This document shows positions 10,128-18,960 of a stretch of DNA of 64,000 nt, piece by piece (within the stretch, counting starts at the first letter, position 1; every line of letters begins with the position of its first letter). The DNA comes from Candidatus Poribacteria bacterium (lineage in GTDB: Bacteria > Poribacteria > WGA-4E > WGA-3G). The position numbers and the translations under genes are program-made. A model generated the notes under the pieces. That model did not search any database, was not told the DNA's origin, and saw nothing but the letters and a program-made list of their open reading frames with translations. The stretch lies in NCBI GenBank assembly GCA_964291315.2, contig OZ219750.1, positions 160,001 to 224,000 on the forward strand. Reading direction: 5' to 3'.

Positions 10128-10856
10128 TTAATTTGTAGTATCTGTAAGTAATTCGCGCCCATTCAGCGGTTGCACGGGTCGATTGTTACCGTTGAAGATT
10201 GCTTTAAACGCTGCGATTTGTGCTTCAGACATCTCTATAGGGGTTGTCAATACGAACCACTTGACCCCTTCCGTACAAGGCGGCGTTGTCAACGAACCGT
10301 TATAGCGGTAGGTGTGCTTTTTGCTCGGCAACAGATCGGAGGCGTTTAGGGTAATGTTTTCGATCTGTTTAGGTTCGCCTGAGACGGGCGGCAGATAGGC
10401 CCAAAACAGGTTAAATGCTGTGTTGATGTCTCCACTCTTGATGAGTAGGCCGATAACAGCCAAGGTGCCGTCTTCACTTTTGTGAACAAGATGCATTTCC
10501 ATGTCGGATTTTTCTCCTGCTACCGTATGTTCGCTGGGGGCGTGAAAGTGGAATTCTATAAGGTGATATTTCGTTCCATCTACCTCAATCCAACTACCCT
10601 TAGGGTACGCCACTTGGATTGTCTGGCCAGTATTTTGGACATTCAAGGACGTAGATTGGTAATTGAAGGTAATGGGCGAGAGCTTGGCTGATATGGGATT
10701 CACGAGGTCAATTGGTGATTGGTGTATTCCTACGCTACACAGTTCATATTCCGGACTGAGTTGTCCCCAGATGTCGGGTCCGTCGTCTACTTCGTAGCCC
10801 CAGCATGGCTTCTCAGTAGAAGGAGCAGTGTGCTTTTCTTTTTTTTTGTAATTCAT
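10128..10856 (-). CDS. Alpha-class carbonic anhydrase
   Basis: QSPID, FHFH..SEH, EMHLVH zinc ligands, YNGSLTTPPCTEGVKW, NNRPVQPLN. Confidence 0.95.
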   Translation of the reverse strand: MNYKKKEKHTAPSTEKPCWGYEVDDGPDIWGQLSPEYELCSVGIHQSPIDLVNPISAKLSPITFNYQSTSLNVQNTGQTIQVAYPKGSWIEVDGTKYHLIEFHFHAPSEHTVAGEKSDMEMHLVHKSEDGTLAVIGLLIKSGDINTAFNLFWAYLPPVSGEPKQIENITLNASDLLPSKKHTYRYNGSLTTPPCTEGVKWFVLTTPIEMSEAQIAAFKAIFNGNNRPVQPLNGRELLTDTTN

Positions 10857-11054
10857 TACAAGTGTGCGTCGGGGTGGCGGGTGAACGATTTCTGCATATG
10901 GCTCTCCGCCAAGTGTGTAAGGTTGAGATCTAAAACATTTATGTGCGTCTCAAGCCGAGTGTTTTTGGGATAACGTGTAAGTAAATCAGCAAAGGAGGTG
11001 CCGCCGTCACACATTGGCCGTGCTGGCGGCTTTGAACAATTCTTGTTGGCTTGT

Positions 11055-12338
11055 TTATAAGGCAAATGTTTTCTCGTCATCAAGAGCCATTAGGGCAAAC
11101 CATGTGTTAATGTCGGTTCGCTCTGGTGCGATCTTATTGATCATTTTCGCCATGATTGCCTTATAGCGTTCATCTGTGGGTCCCATCTGGGTCATTCGTT
11201 GATTGTATGCCTCGATGTCTGATTCACTTTTCGGGTGGTTTGTCTTCAACCAGGTTTCAACATCTGCGTCGGTTGACAATGTTTTCAGTGCTTCAGCGAG
11301 TTCTGTGGCGGAGATTCCTAGGAAAGCGAGTGTTGCACGATCGATTCCAGAGTCCTCACCGTAAAAGTAAGCTCCTAGCGTGTTGCTATTTGCTGCGCGC
11401 CCCTTATCAATCAGCCGGGCGAGTTGAACCATTCCATATACGTCCGTGTTGTAGGGGCTCCGTGGTGCTTGGCGATTGAGGTCGAGAATGCCGAAGCTCT
11501 GCTGATCGTCCAGGTCTTGAAGTGCAACCCATGTGTTGATGTCTGTGCGATTTGGGGCTATTTCTCGGCATCGCGCTTCGAAGCGTTCCTGTGTTTCCGC
11601 GTTGGGTGCATAGTTCACCAATGTTTCGTTGAATTCGTCGATGGCGGCTTGTGATTTACCGGATTTCTCTCGTACCCATGCCCCAATTTCAAGGTTATTT
11701 GGGTTCTTGACTGCTGCCTCCTGAAAATCTGCAGCTGAGATACCGAGGAATGCTAAGATGCGGCGGTCTTGTCCAGAGTTGTCTCCGTATAGGTATTCCC
11801 CGATTTTTCCGGCGCGTTCGGCTCTTGCTTTGTCAGCCATCCGAGCGACGCCACCAATGCCTGCCACCTCTTTAGCGCGTGCGCTGCGCGGGGGCCCGGC
11901 AGTGAGATCTTTCTCCCAGAAACTGCCCCAATCGTCCAATTCCATAGATTGGAGTACTGTGGTAATGTCGGTTCTGCCTGGTGCAAAGCGGGCGATTCGG
12001 TCCTTCAGGCGTTGTTTGTGGCCTTCAGTATCGGGGTTTAGGTTGATGGCTTCATCGTTAAACTCGGTGATTTCGGATTCTGTTTTTCCGCTTGTTTTGA
12101 GTACCCATTTTTCGAGGTCGGCATCGTCGAGTTCAGCAGCTGCTTCTGCGTAAGCGTCGGCGGTGATTCCTAAAAACGTTAGGACGCGCTGATCTAATCC
12201 GGAGGTATCGCCGTAAATATATTCTCCGAGTGTTTCCGCGTTATATGCGCGTGCCTTATCTGTTAGCCGCGCTGCCCCTACAATTCCGGCGATGCCGAGG
12301 TTTGTGGGACGGCGTGGCGGTTGGCGTGTCAAATCCAT
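11055..12338 (-). CDS. Protein with three tandem DUF5069-like domains
   Basis: Three repeats of DL..xPRS/R...G...ARxxDKxRA...GxYxYG..SGxD..L.FLGI...DIxTW..L..LDD. Confidence 0.75.
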   Translation of the reverse strand: MDLTRQPPRRPTNLGIAGIVGAARLTDKARAYNAETLGEYIYGDTSGLDQRVLTFLGITADAYAEAAAELDDADLEKWVLKTSGKTESEITEFNDEAINLNPDTEGHKQRLKDRIARFAPGRTDITTVLQSMELDDWGSFWEKDLTAGPPRSARAKEVAGIGGVARMADKARAERAGKIGEYLYGDNSGQDRRILAFLGISAADFQEAAVKNPNNLEIGAWVREKSGKSQAAIDEFNETLVNYAPNAETQERFEARCREIAPNRTDINTWVALQDLDDQQSFGILDLNRQAPRSPYNTDVYGMVQLARLIDKGRAANSNTLGAYFYGEDSGIDRATLAFLGISATELAEALKTLSTDADVETWLKTNHPKSESDIEAYNQRMTQMGPTDERYKAIMAKMINKIAPERTDINTWFALMALDDEKTFAL

Positions 12339-12503
12339 AATGTATGTCCTTCCAATTTCAGATTTAAAAATAAAATATTATATTTCTTTATATTTTATCA
12401 CATTTATAGGTGGTGTCAAGCGAAAATTTGTGTGAATTGTTCAATTTGCCTTGATATTTTTCGGTGGAAATGCTACGTTTGTATCAAAGATGCTGGGAGG
12501 GGT

Positions 12504-13154
12504 ATGATGGGATTTCCTGTTTACGACTATCGGACAGATGTAAGGAACGTGTTGGTAACGCCGCAAATTCGGTCTCGGTTTTTAAGAATGGAACCTGGGC
12601 AGTGTGCGCAGCGTCACAGTCATGATTTGGGTCATGAAATTTTTCTGATTTTGGAGGGGCGCGTCGAATTTGAAATTGATGGTGAAAGGGAAGAGTTGGG
12701 CCCGGGACAGATGTGCGTCGCTTTAGCGGATCAACCGCACACGGTGTGCGTTCTCGGTGATGAGCCAGTGACGATGTATCTTTCTGTCACCCCACATATA
12801 CAGCCGACGCACACGCCGCGTTCAGAAAATGGTGAACGGCTGTCACAGAATTTTATGCCGGATCGTGCTTACGATGTCGAGCCGGAGGTGGAGGTGTCTG
12901 TATCGGAGCTGGTTGCGCGGCAAATCTGTGTGTCTAAGTTGCTTGAAGAGTTAACGCAAGCGTGTACAGCGGTTCAACAAGCGGCGGGCGGTGAGCTCAA
13001 GACAGCACTAGCTGAAGGCGACGCGGCTGCAGCGGTTGCCGCGCGTAAAGCGATGTGGGAAGCAATCTTTCCTGTCTACAAGGCTGTTGCGGAGTTGGGA
13101 GCTGTTTGGAATGCCCTTGCTCCGCGCATAACTGATGAGTCGCTTCGCGGATGA
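12504..13154 (+). CDS. Cupin domain protein with C-terminal helical domain
   Basis: HSHDLGHEIFLILEG...PH cupin motifs; start moved to ATG 12504 after GGGAGG RBS. Confidence 0.8.
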   Translation: MMGFPVYDYRTDVRNVLVTPQIRSRFLRMEPGQCAQRHSHDLGHEIFLILEGRVEFEIDGEREELGPGQMCVALADQPHTVCVLGDEPVTMYLSVTPHIQPTHTPRSENGERLSQNFMPDRAYDVEPEVEVSVSELVARQICVSKLLEELTQACTAVQQAAGGELKTALAEGDAAAAVAARKAMWEAIFPVYKAVAELGAVWNALAPRITDESLRG

Positions 13155-13498
13155 GAAAACAAATTGACACATTCTGCTTTTTCTTGCTAGTTTTAACTTG
13201 TTTTATCTGCAAGTCTGTGATATACTTAAAAAAATAAAGGGACGTTCGCCTAATTTAGTTTGCGGAATTCCTGATTTGAACCGAATTTGATTTAACAACG
13301 TTTAAAATTGTTTAATGTTAGAATAGATTTCCCGTTTGGAAAGTCTCGTTTAAGCGAGTCATTTTTGTGTATCTACTAAAAGTACACTAGCTGGGGGAAT
13401 ATCCTAAATCCAAGTGTTTTTCCTTCAGACGAGGAATAGATCTTTGCCTAAAGGGCAGAGAGAAAACGTAAATACAAATGAATTGTAAGGAGTACCTT

Positions 13499-16400
13499 AT
13501 GATGAGAAATCAGCTTTTTAATAGGAAATTCATTTTTTCCTTGTTAGCTGTTGCAATCTGTTTAGGGTTCACAACGATGAGCTACGGTGAAGCGACCGTC
13601 TCTGTAGAACCTGCCGAAGTAGGATCCCCGGCGGCCGGGGAAGAACTCATGGTGAGTATTAATATAATGGGTGGTGCTGGTGTCGCCGGATATCAAGTGA
13701 CTGTTAACTTTGATCCGACTGCGCTCAGCTATGTTTCTGGCGGAAACGCAGACTATCTACCCGCGGGTGCGTTTGCGGTACCAGTTGAGGCAACTGACAG
13801 TAGTGTCATAATTGCTGCGACTTCTCTAACAGGTGCTGCACCTGATGCTGACGGCACACTCGCTACAGTAACGTTTGAAGTTGTTGAAGCAAAAGCTTCT
13901 ACTATTAGCCTCAGCGATGTTACTTTGTCTGATGCTGCAGCGGCGGCTTTAGATGTGGCTACCATGGACGGTATGATTACTGTTCTTGGTGAGGAGCCCG
14001 CTGAAGAAGATCCGATGATGAATACTGAGGAAACCGGTGAGGAGCCCGCTGAAGAAGATCCGATGATGAATACTGAGGAAACCGGTGAGGAGCCCGCTGA
14101 AGAAGATCCGATGATGAATACTGAGGAAACCGGTGAGGAGCCCGCTAAACCGGAGCCTACTGAGAAATCCACCCAGATGTTTGAGATTACGCTCACAAAC
14201 CTCACTATGGGTGAGGCTGGCATGGGTGGGCAAATGTTTTCACCTCCGATCTTTGTGACGCACGCTGCGGGTGTAGACCTTGCCCCCGTTGGTGAGGCTG
14301 CGAGTCCCGCACTTGTCGCACTTGCTGAAAATGGAGACGTCTCAGGTCTGGTTGAGCTCACAACCGCTGCTGGTGCACACAGCAAACTCGCTGATGGGTA
14401 TGTTGCGCCGGGTGAGTCTGTTACGGTCACTGTGACGGCTGATATGATGAACTCTTCGCTCTCTGTAGGGACGATGCTGGTCTCAACAAACGACGGTTTC
14501 ATCGCTGCGACAGATGTGCATCTTTTTGATGAGCACGGCATGCCTATGCCAATGGAGCTAGAGTTGATGGCTTACGATGCTGGTAGTGAAGATAATACAG
14601 AGATGGCTTCTGATATTCCGGGGCCGCTGGGCTTAGATGCCGCGGTTGATCCGGAGGGCAGCAATGCACGTGTTCCGACAGAGGGAGGCGTTATTGCTCC
14701 GCACGAGGGCATCCAAGGTGGTGCTGACGTTGGAGAAGCGTTTGCTTGGGAAGAGCCGACAGCGATGCTCACAATCACCCCTGTTGAAGCACATCCAGAA
14801 CCGCCAGTGCATCCCTCCTTGGAGTTTGACATTACGCTTACAAACCTCACTATGGGTGAGGCTGGCATGGGTGGTCAAATCTTCTCGCCTCCGATCTTCG
14901 TGACACACGCTGCGGGTGTAGACCTTGCCCCCGTTGGTGAGGCTGCGAGTCCCGCACTTGTCGCACTTGCTGAAAATGGAGACGTCTCAGGTCTGGTTGA
15001 GCTCACAACCGCTGCTGGTGCACACAGCATGGTTGCTGACAGTTATGTTCATCCGGGTGAGTCTGTTACGGTCACTGTGACGGCTGATATGATGAACTCT
15101 TCGCTCTCTGTAGGGACGATGCTGGTCTCAACAAACGACGGTTTCATCGCTGCGACAGATGTGCATCTTTTTGATGAGCACGGCATGCCTATGCCAATGG
15201 AGCTAGAGTTGATGGCTTACGATGCTGGTAGTGAAGACAATACAGAGATGGCTTCTGATATTCCGGGGCCGCTGGGCTTAGATGCCGCGGTTGATCCGGA
15301 GGGCAGCAATGCACGTGTTCCGACAGAGGGAGGCGTTATTGCTCCGCACGAGGGCATCCAAGGTGGTGCTGACGTTGGAGAAGCGTTTGCTTGGGAAGAG
15401 CCGACAGCGATGCTCACAATCACGCCGAGGACGATTCCAATAGATCCTCCACCTGAACCGGTTCCTGCTTTTGACGTTACCCTTGAACCCGGGCTGAACA
15501 TGATTTCTGTTCCACTGATGCCGGAAGAACCCTACACTGCGAAATCGCTGGCAGAAATGATCGGGGCGACAGTCGTTATTCAACTGAATTCTGCAACGCA
15601 GAGTTTCGTTGGTTATACCGTCGCTGATGGTGGCAATGGTTTTGACATTGAGGGCGGTAAAGGTTATATCGTCAACACACCGGCTGGCGGTATGGTAAAA
15701 TTCATGGGTGGTCCGTGGGACAACCAGATGCACGCCGATGCCTCGGAACCTGGGCCCGCTATGCATGTCGGTGATGAGGAACATAATCAGGATATGCATG
15801 CTGAGGCGACGGAGCCTGGTCCTGATATGCATGCCGATGATGAGGAACATGATGCCGCTATGCATGATGCTGCTGAGGATCATGATCACGATCATGCCGA
15901 GGATCATGATCACGCAGAGGTGATGGAAGAAGGTGCCGGAGCTGCTCCTGCCCTCTCCACATTCAAGAGTGCATGGGCGTTCATCGTCACAAGCGATATT
16001 CAGGGCATGGAGACCGGCACGGCTTACACGCTCATCGCCGAAAACCTACGCACTGGCAGTATCGCAACACAGAACGTCAAAAACGCTATGAGACGATCCA
16101 CTGCCATCTGGGCAGACCTTAACCGCAATAGCGTCATCGAAGCCGGCGATAGACTTCAAGTCGCCCTCTACGATGACCGCGGTCAACTCGTCTCAGGTCC
16201 CTTCCAACGCACAATAACCACGACTGATCTTCGCAGCGCATTCCTGAGCTTGGACATGACGGTTGGAGATGTGCGTCCACAGGAGACTGTTTTGGCACAG
16301 AACTTCCCGAACCCGTTCAACCCAGAAACGTGGATACCGTATCAGTTGAGTGCCTCGACAGAGGTATTGATAGAGATCTATGATGTCTCGGGGCGTTTGG

Positions 16401-16573
16401 TTCGGCGTTTAGACTTAGGATGGCAGGCGGTAGGTTCGTATACGAGTCCGTCGCGTGCTGCGTATTGGGATGGTCGGAATGCGGTAGGTGAGCGTGTAGC
16501 GAGTGGTATCTACTTCTATACGTTGCAGACATCAGATTTTGCTGCAACCCGACGGATGGTTATCCTCAAGTAA
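13499..16573 (+). CDS. Secreted multidomain protein: cohesin, acidic repeats, two Spondin_N domains, His/Met-rich tract, FlgD/T9SS-like C-terminal domain
   Basis: Signal peptide; VAGYQVTVNFDPTALSY..G.LATVTFEV (cohesin); FSPP..TH..ALAENGD..MLVSTNDGF..YDAGSE x2 (Spondin_N); QNFPNPFNPETWIPYQL..WDGRN..VASGIYFY; AAGGAG RBS before 13499. Confidence 0.8.
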   Translation: MMRNQLFNRKFIFSLLAVAICLGFTTMSYGEATVSVEPAEVGSPAAGEELMVSINIMGGAGVAGYQVTVNFDPTALSYVSGGNADYLPAGAFAVPVEATDSSVIIAATSLTGAAPDADGTLATVTFEVVEAKASTISLSDVTLSDAAAAALDVATMDGMITVLGEEPAEEDPMMNTEETGEEPAEEDPMMNTEETGEEPAEEDPMMNTEETGEEPAKPEPTEKSTQMFEITLTNLTMGEAGMGGQMFSPPIFVTHAAGVDLAPVGEAASPALVALAENGDVSGLVELTTAAGAHSKLADGYVAPGESVTVTVTADMMNSSLSVGTMLVSTNDGFIAATDVHLFDEHGMPMPMELELMAYDAGSEDNTEMASDIPGPLGLDAAVDPEGSNARVPTEGGVIAPHEGIQGGADVGEAFAWEEPTAMLTITPVEAHPEPPVHPSLEFDITLTNLTMGEAGMGGQIFSPPIFVTHAAGVDLAPVGEAASPALVALAENGDVSGLVELTTAAGAHSMVADSYVHPGESVTVTVTADMMNSSLSVGTMLVSTNDGFIAATDVHLFDEHGMPMPMELELMAYDAGSEDNTEMASDIPGPLGLDAAVDPEGSNARVPTEGGVIAPHEGIQGGADVGEAFAWEEPTAMLTITPRTIPIDPPPEPVPAFDVTLEPGLNMISVPLMPEEPYTAKSLAEMIGATVVIQLNSATQSFVGYTVADGGNGFDIEGGKGYIVNTPAGGMVKFMGGPWDNQMHADASEPGPAMHVGDEEHNQDMHAEATEPGPDMHADDEEHDAAMHDAAEDHDHDHAEDHDHAEVMEEGAGAAPALSTFKSAWAFIVTSDIQGMETGTAYTLIAENLRTGSIATQNVKNAMRRSTAIWADLNRNSVIEAGDRLQVALYDDRGQLVSGPFQRTITTTDLRSAFLSLDMTVGDVRPQETVLAQNFPNPFNPETWIPYQLSASTEVLIEIYDVSGRLVRRLDLGWQAVGSYTSPSRAAYWDGRNAVGERVASGIYFYTLQTSDFAATRRMVILK
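13988..14146 (+). repeat. 48-bp tandem repeat, 3 perfect copies plus a partial (GEEPAEEDPMMNTEET)
   Basis: ggtgaggagcccgctgaagaagatccgatgatgaatactgaggaaacc at 13988, 14036, 14084; partial at 14132. Confidence 0.95.
14186..15423 (+). repeat. Near-identical internal duplication of the Spondin_N domain (14186-14778 and 14831-15423)
   Basis: Two copies of about 593 bp offset by 645 bp with long identical stretches. Confidence 0.9.
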
Positions 16574-16644
16574 TATAGCAGCGAATGCACTTTTTGGCGA
16601 AGCTTGCGAGCCAAAACTTGCGATTGAAAAATAAATTGAGAAAT

Positions 16645-16716
16645 AAAACGCCCCAACCTGCCGGTTTAGCTAGCAGCGAATCAACGCCGATTAGCAGTCG
16701 GCGTTGGGGCGTTTTT
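16645..16716 (+). terminator. Hairpin with U-tract and alternative pairings, between the cohesin and dockerin genes
   Basis: aaaacgccccaac / gttggggcgtttt 13-bp inverted repeat; inner caacgccga / tcggcgttg stem; T6 tract. Confidence 0.5.
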
Positions 16717-16742
16717 TACATATACACAGAAGGAGACGTTTT

Positions 16743-17843
16743 GTGAGTTATCTGAAAGATATTTTACCTGTTTGGGCGATATTTGGGCTACTTTTCGGGG
16801 TAGGTACCAGCAGCGTATTTGCTTTTTCTGTTCAGCCGCCACCGGTTGAGAAAACTGGAGCACCCAATGAAGGCACTTGTATGGACTGCCATGGCGGTAA
16901 TGAAATTAATGCTTCCGGTGGTTCGTTAATGTTGACAGTTCCTGAAGTCTATGAGCCGAATGAGGTATATACAATTATCGTTGATTTATCGCGTGCCGGG
17001 CAAAGCAAGTGGGGTTTTGAAATGACAGCGTTGGATACCACTGGGGTAAGGGCTGGTTCCTTCACAGCCGATGCTGCGAATACTCAGCTAACAGAATCAA
17101 ACGGTAAGCAGTATATCCAGCATACGACCGCTGGGACTTCTGTAGGCACAAACGACATGCATAGTTGGGAGTTTGAGTGGACTGCTCCTGATACCGATAT
17201 AGGACCTATCACCTTCTACGCGGCTGGAAATGCCTCCAACAATGATGGTGGTATCACCGGCGACTATATTTACACAGCGCAAGCGGAATCGACACCGCCG
17301 GTTCCTGTGGTTGCAGGGGTAACTTTGGAGATTATCGGAGATACGGCACTTTCGACAGTAGATGCCGTTGCAGGTGTGAATTATACGCTCAAAGTCACGA
17401 ATACCGGGAATATGATGGACACAGTAAGAATTGAACTTGAAGCTTCAGCAGAGACGGGCATTGAAGGTAATGTTCTTGGTAACTTGAGTGACACTTCAGT
17501 TACGCTTGAGGCAGATGCGTCTATGGAGGTTACGTTGAAAGTTGCGGGAGATGGATTAACAGAGCCCGGGGATTATGCTATTTATGTAACGGCAATCTCT
17601 GAATCGGACAGCACGATGACTGCTAGGATCACAACAACGACTACGATAGAAATGTCCGCGCCACCGACTCCGTGGGATGTTAACGACGACGGGACTGTCA
17701 ATATTCAAGACTTAGTGCTTGTCGCAAGTCAATTCGGTCAGTCTGGTGAGGCACTGAAAGGGGATATCAACCGTGATGGGACCGTAAATATCCTAGATTT
17801 AGTCGCTGTTTCCTCACATTTCGGTGAAGCTACAAATAATTAG
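16743..17843 (+). CDS. Secreted Reeler-like (choice-of-anchor V) domain, Ig-like domain and dockerin protein with N-terminal CxxCH
   Basis: Signal peptide; TGAPNEGTCMDCHGG; GFEMTA..W.FEWTAP..GPITFYAAGNA.N..GDYIY; dockerin pair WDVNDDGTVNIQDLVLV / GDINRDGTVNILDLVAV; AGGAG RBS before GTG 16743. Confidence 0.8.
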   Translation: MSYLKDILPVWAIFGLLFGVGTSSVFAFSVQPPPVEKTGAPNEGTCMDCHGGNEINASGGSLMLTVPEVYEPNEVYTIIVDLSRAGQSKWGFEMTALDTTGVRAGSFTADAANTQLTESNGKQYIQHTTAGTSVGTNDMHSWEFEWTAPDTDIGPITFYAAGNASNNDGGITGDYIYTAQAESTPPVPVVAGVTLEIIGDTALSTVDAVAGVNYTLKVTNTGNMMDTVRIELEASAETGIEGNVLGNLSDTSVTLEADASMEVTLKVAGDGLTEPGDYAIYVTAISESDSTMTARITTTTTIEMSAPPTPWDVNDDGTVNIQDLVLVASQFGQSGEALKGDINRDGTVNILDLVAVSSHFGEATNN

Positions 17844-17862
17844 CGCTTAAGGGAATCTAAAA

Positions 17863-18933
17863 ATGGCATCTAAATATAGAGTTGGAATTATCGGATGTGG
17901 CGGTATAGCTAATGCGCATGCTCGGGGTTATGTGGGTGTTAAAGACACAAAAATTGTTGCTCTCGCTGACCCGGTTCAGGTGGCGCTTGACAAGTTTTCT
18001 GCCACGTATGGCGTATCGGCTGAAAATTGCTATTTGGATGCGCGCGAGATGTTGGACGCAGAACATCTGGATATTGTTAGTGTTGCTACGTGGCATCAAC
18101 TTCATGCCCCTATGACAATTGCGGCGTGTGCGCGGAGTCCGAAGGCGATACTCTGTGAGAAACCGATGGGCGTGAGTCTGGGTGAATGTGATGAAATGCT
18201 GGTCGCTGCGAGGCGGAACGATGTAAAGCTTGTGATTGGGCATCAACGCCGTTTCAATTCTGCTTGGACGGATGCTCGGAACCTGATTGCTGAGGGCGCG
18301 ATTGGTGCCCCGCGCCAGATTGTCTGTCACGGTGGACAAGGTTTATTGAACGACTGCTCACATCTTTTTGATATGATGCGATATGTCGTCAGCGATCCAG
18401 ACCCGGCATGGGTTATCGGTAACGTTGAACGAAAAACCGATCGTTACGAGCGTGGTATTCAGATTGAGGATCGGAGTGCGGGGATCGTCGGTTTTTCGAA
18501 CGGCTGTATCGGTATGCTCTTGCAGGAGATAGGCAGGCAGAACTATCAAGGCGGTATTGTTTACGGGACAGACGGCATTGCCGATGTAACAGAAGGACGG
18601 GTTCGTCTTCTGAATAATAAGACTACGGACTGGGAAGAACGTCCCTCTGATGGGAGGAACCAACATGTTGCGCAAGCGGCTGAGTTGGTTGAATGGATTG
18701 AAGGCGGCCCAGAGCATCGCGGTGAAGCGAAACATGGACGTGCTGCGGTTGAGATCATCATGGCTATCTATGAGTCTGCGCGGATGCACGAAGTTGTCCA
18801 GTTGCCGCTCCGGACGCATGCGAATCCGCTAGATTGGATGATTGATCAAGGGGATTTGCCAGTTGAGCGTCCGGGGCGTTATGACATTCGTGCGTTTCTG
18901 TTACGCGGTGAGTCTATGGAGCCTGAAGCGTGA
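17863..18933 (+). CDS. Gfo/Idh/MocA family oxidoreductase
   Basis: GIIGCGGIA, CEKPM, GHQRRF. Confidence 0.9.
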   Translation: MASKYRVGIIGCGGIANAHARGYVGVKDTKIVALADPVQVALDKFSATYGVSAENCYLDAREMLDAEHLDIVSVATWHQLHAPMTIAACARSPKAILCEKPMGVSLGECDEMLVAARRNDVKLVIGHQRRFNSAWTDARNLIAEGAIGAPRQIVCHGGQGLLNDCSHLFDMMRYVVSDPDPAWVIGNVERKTDRYERGIQIEDRSAGIVGFSNGCIGMLLQEIGRQNYQGGIVYGTDGIADVTEGRVRLLNNKTTDWEERPSDGRNQHVAQAAELVEWIEGGPEHRGEAKHGRAAVEIIMAIYESARMHEVVQLPLRTHANPLDWMIDQGDLPVERPGRYDIRAFLLRGESMEPEA

Positions 18934-18960
18934 GAAGCGCTTACAAACGTTTAGAGAGCT

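Noticed and set aside
10856-11083. 75-aa ORF between the DUF5069 and carbonic anhydrase genes
   Set aside because: It overlaps the upstream gene end, has no RBS or motif, and does not supply a signal peptide to the anhydrase
13230-13480. Several small hairpins upstream of the spondin gene as a riboswitch
   Set aside because: I could not match any known riboswitch consensus by eye; an Rfam scan would be needed
13988-14146. Regular short repeats as a possible CRISPR array
   Set aside because: The units are contiguous with no unique spacers, are a multiple of 3 and lie in frame within a CDS; no cas genes are present
15278-15913. 211-aa Met/Ile-rich minus-strand ORF
   Set aside because: Antisense shadow of the His/Asp-rich tract of the spondin gene
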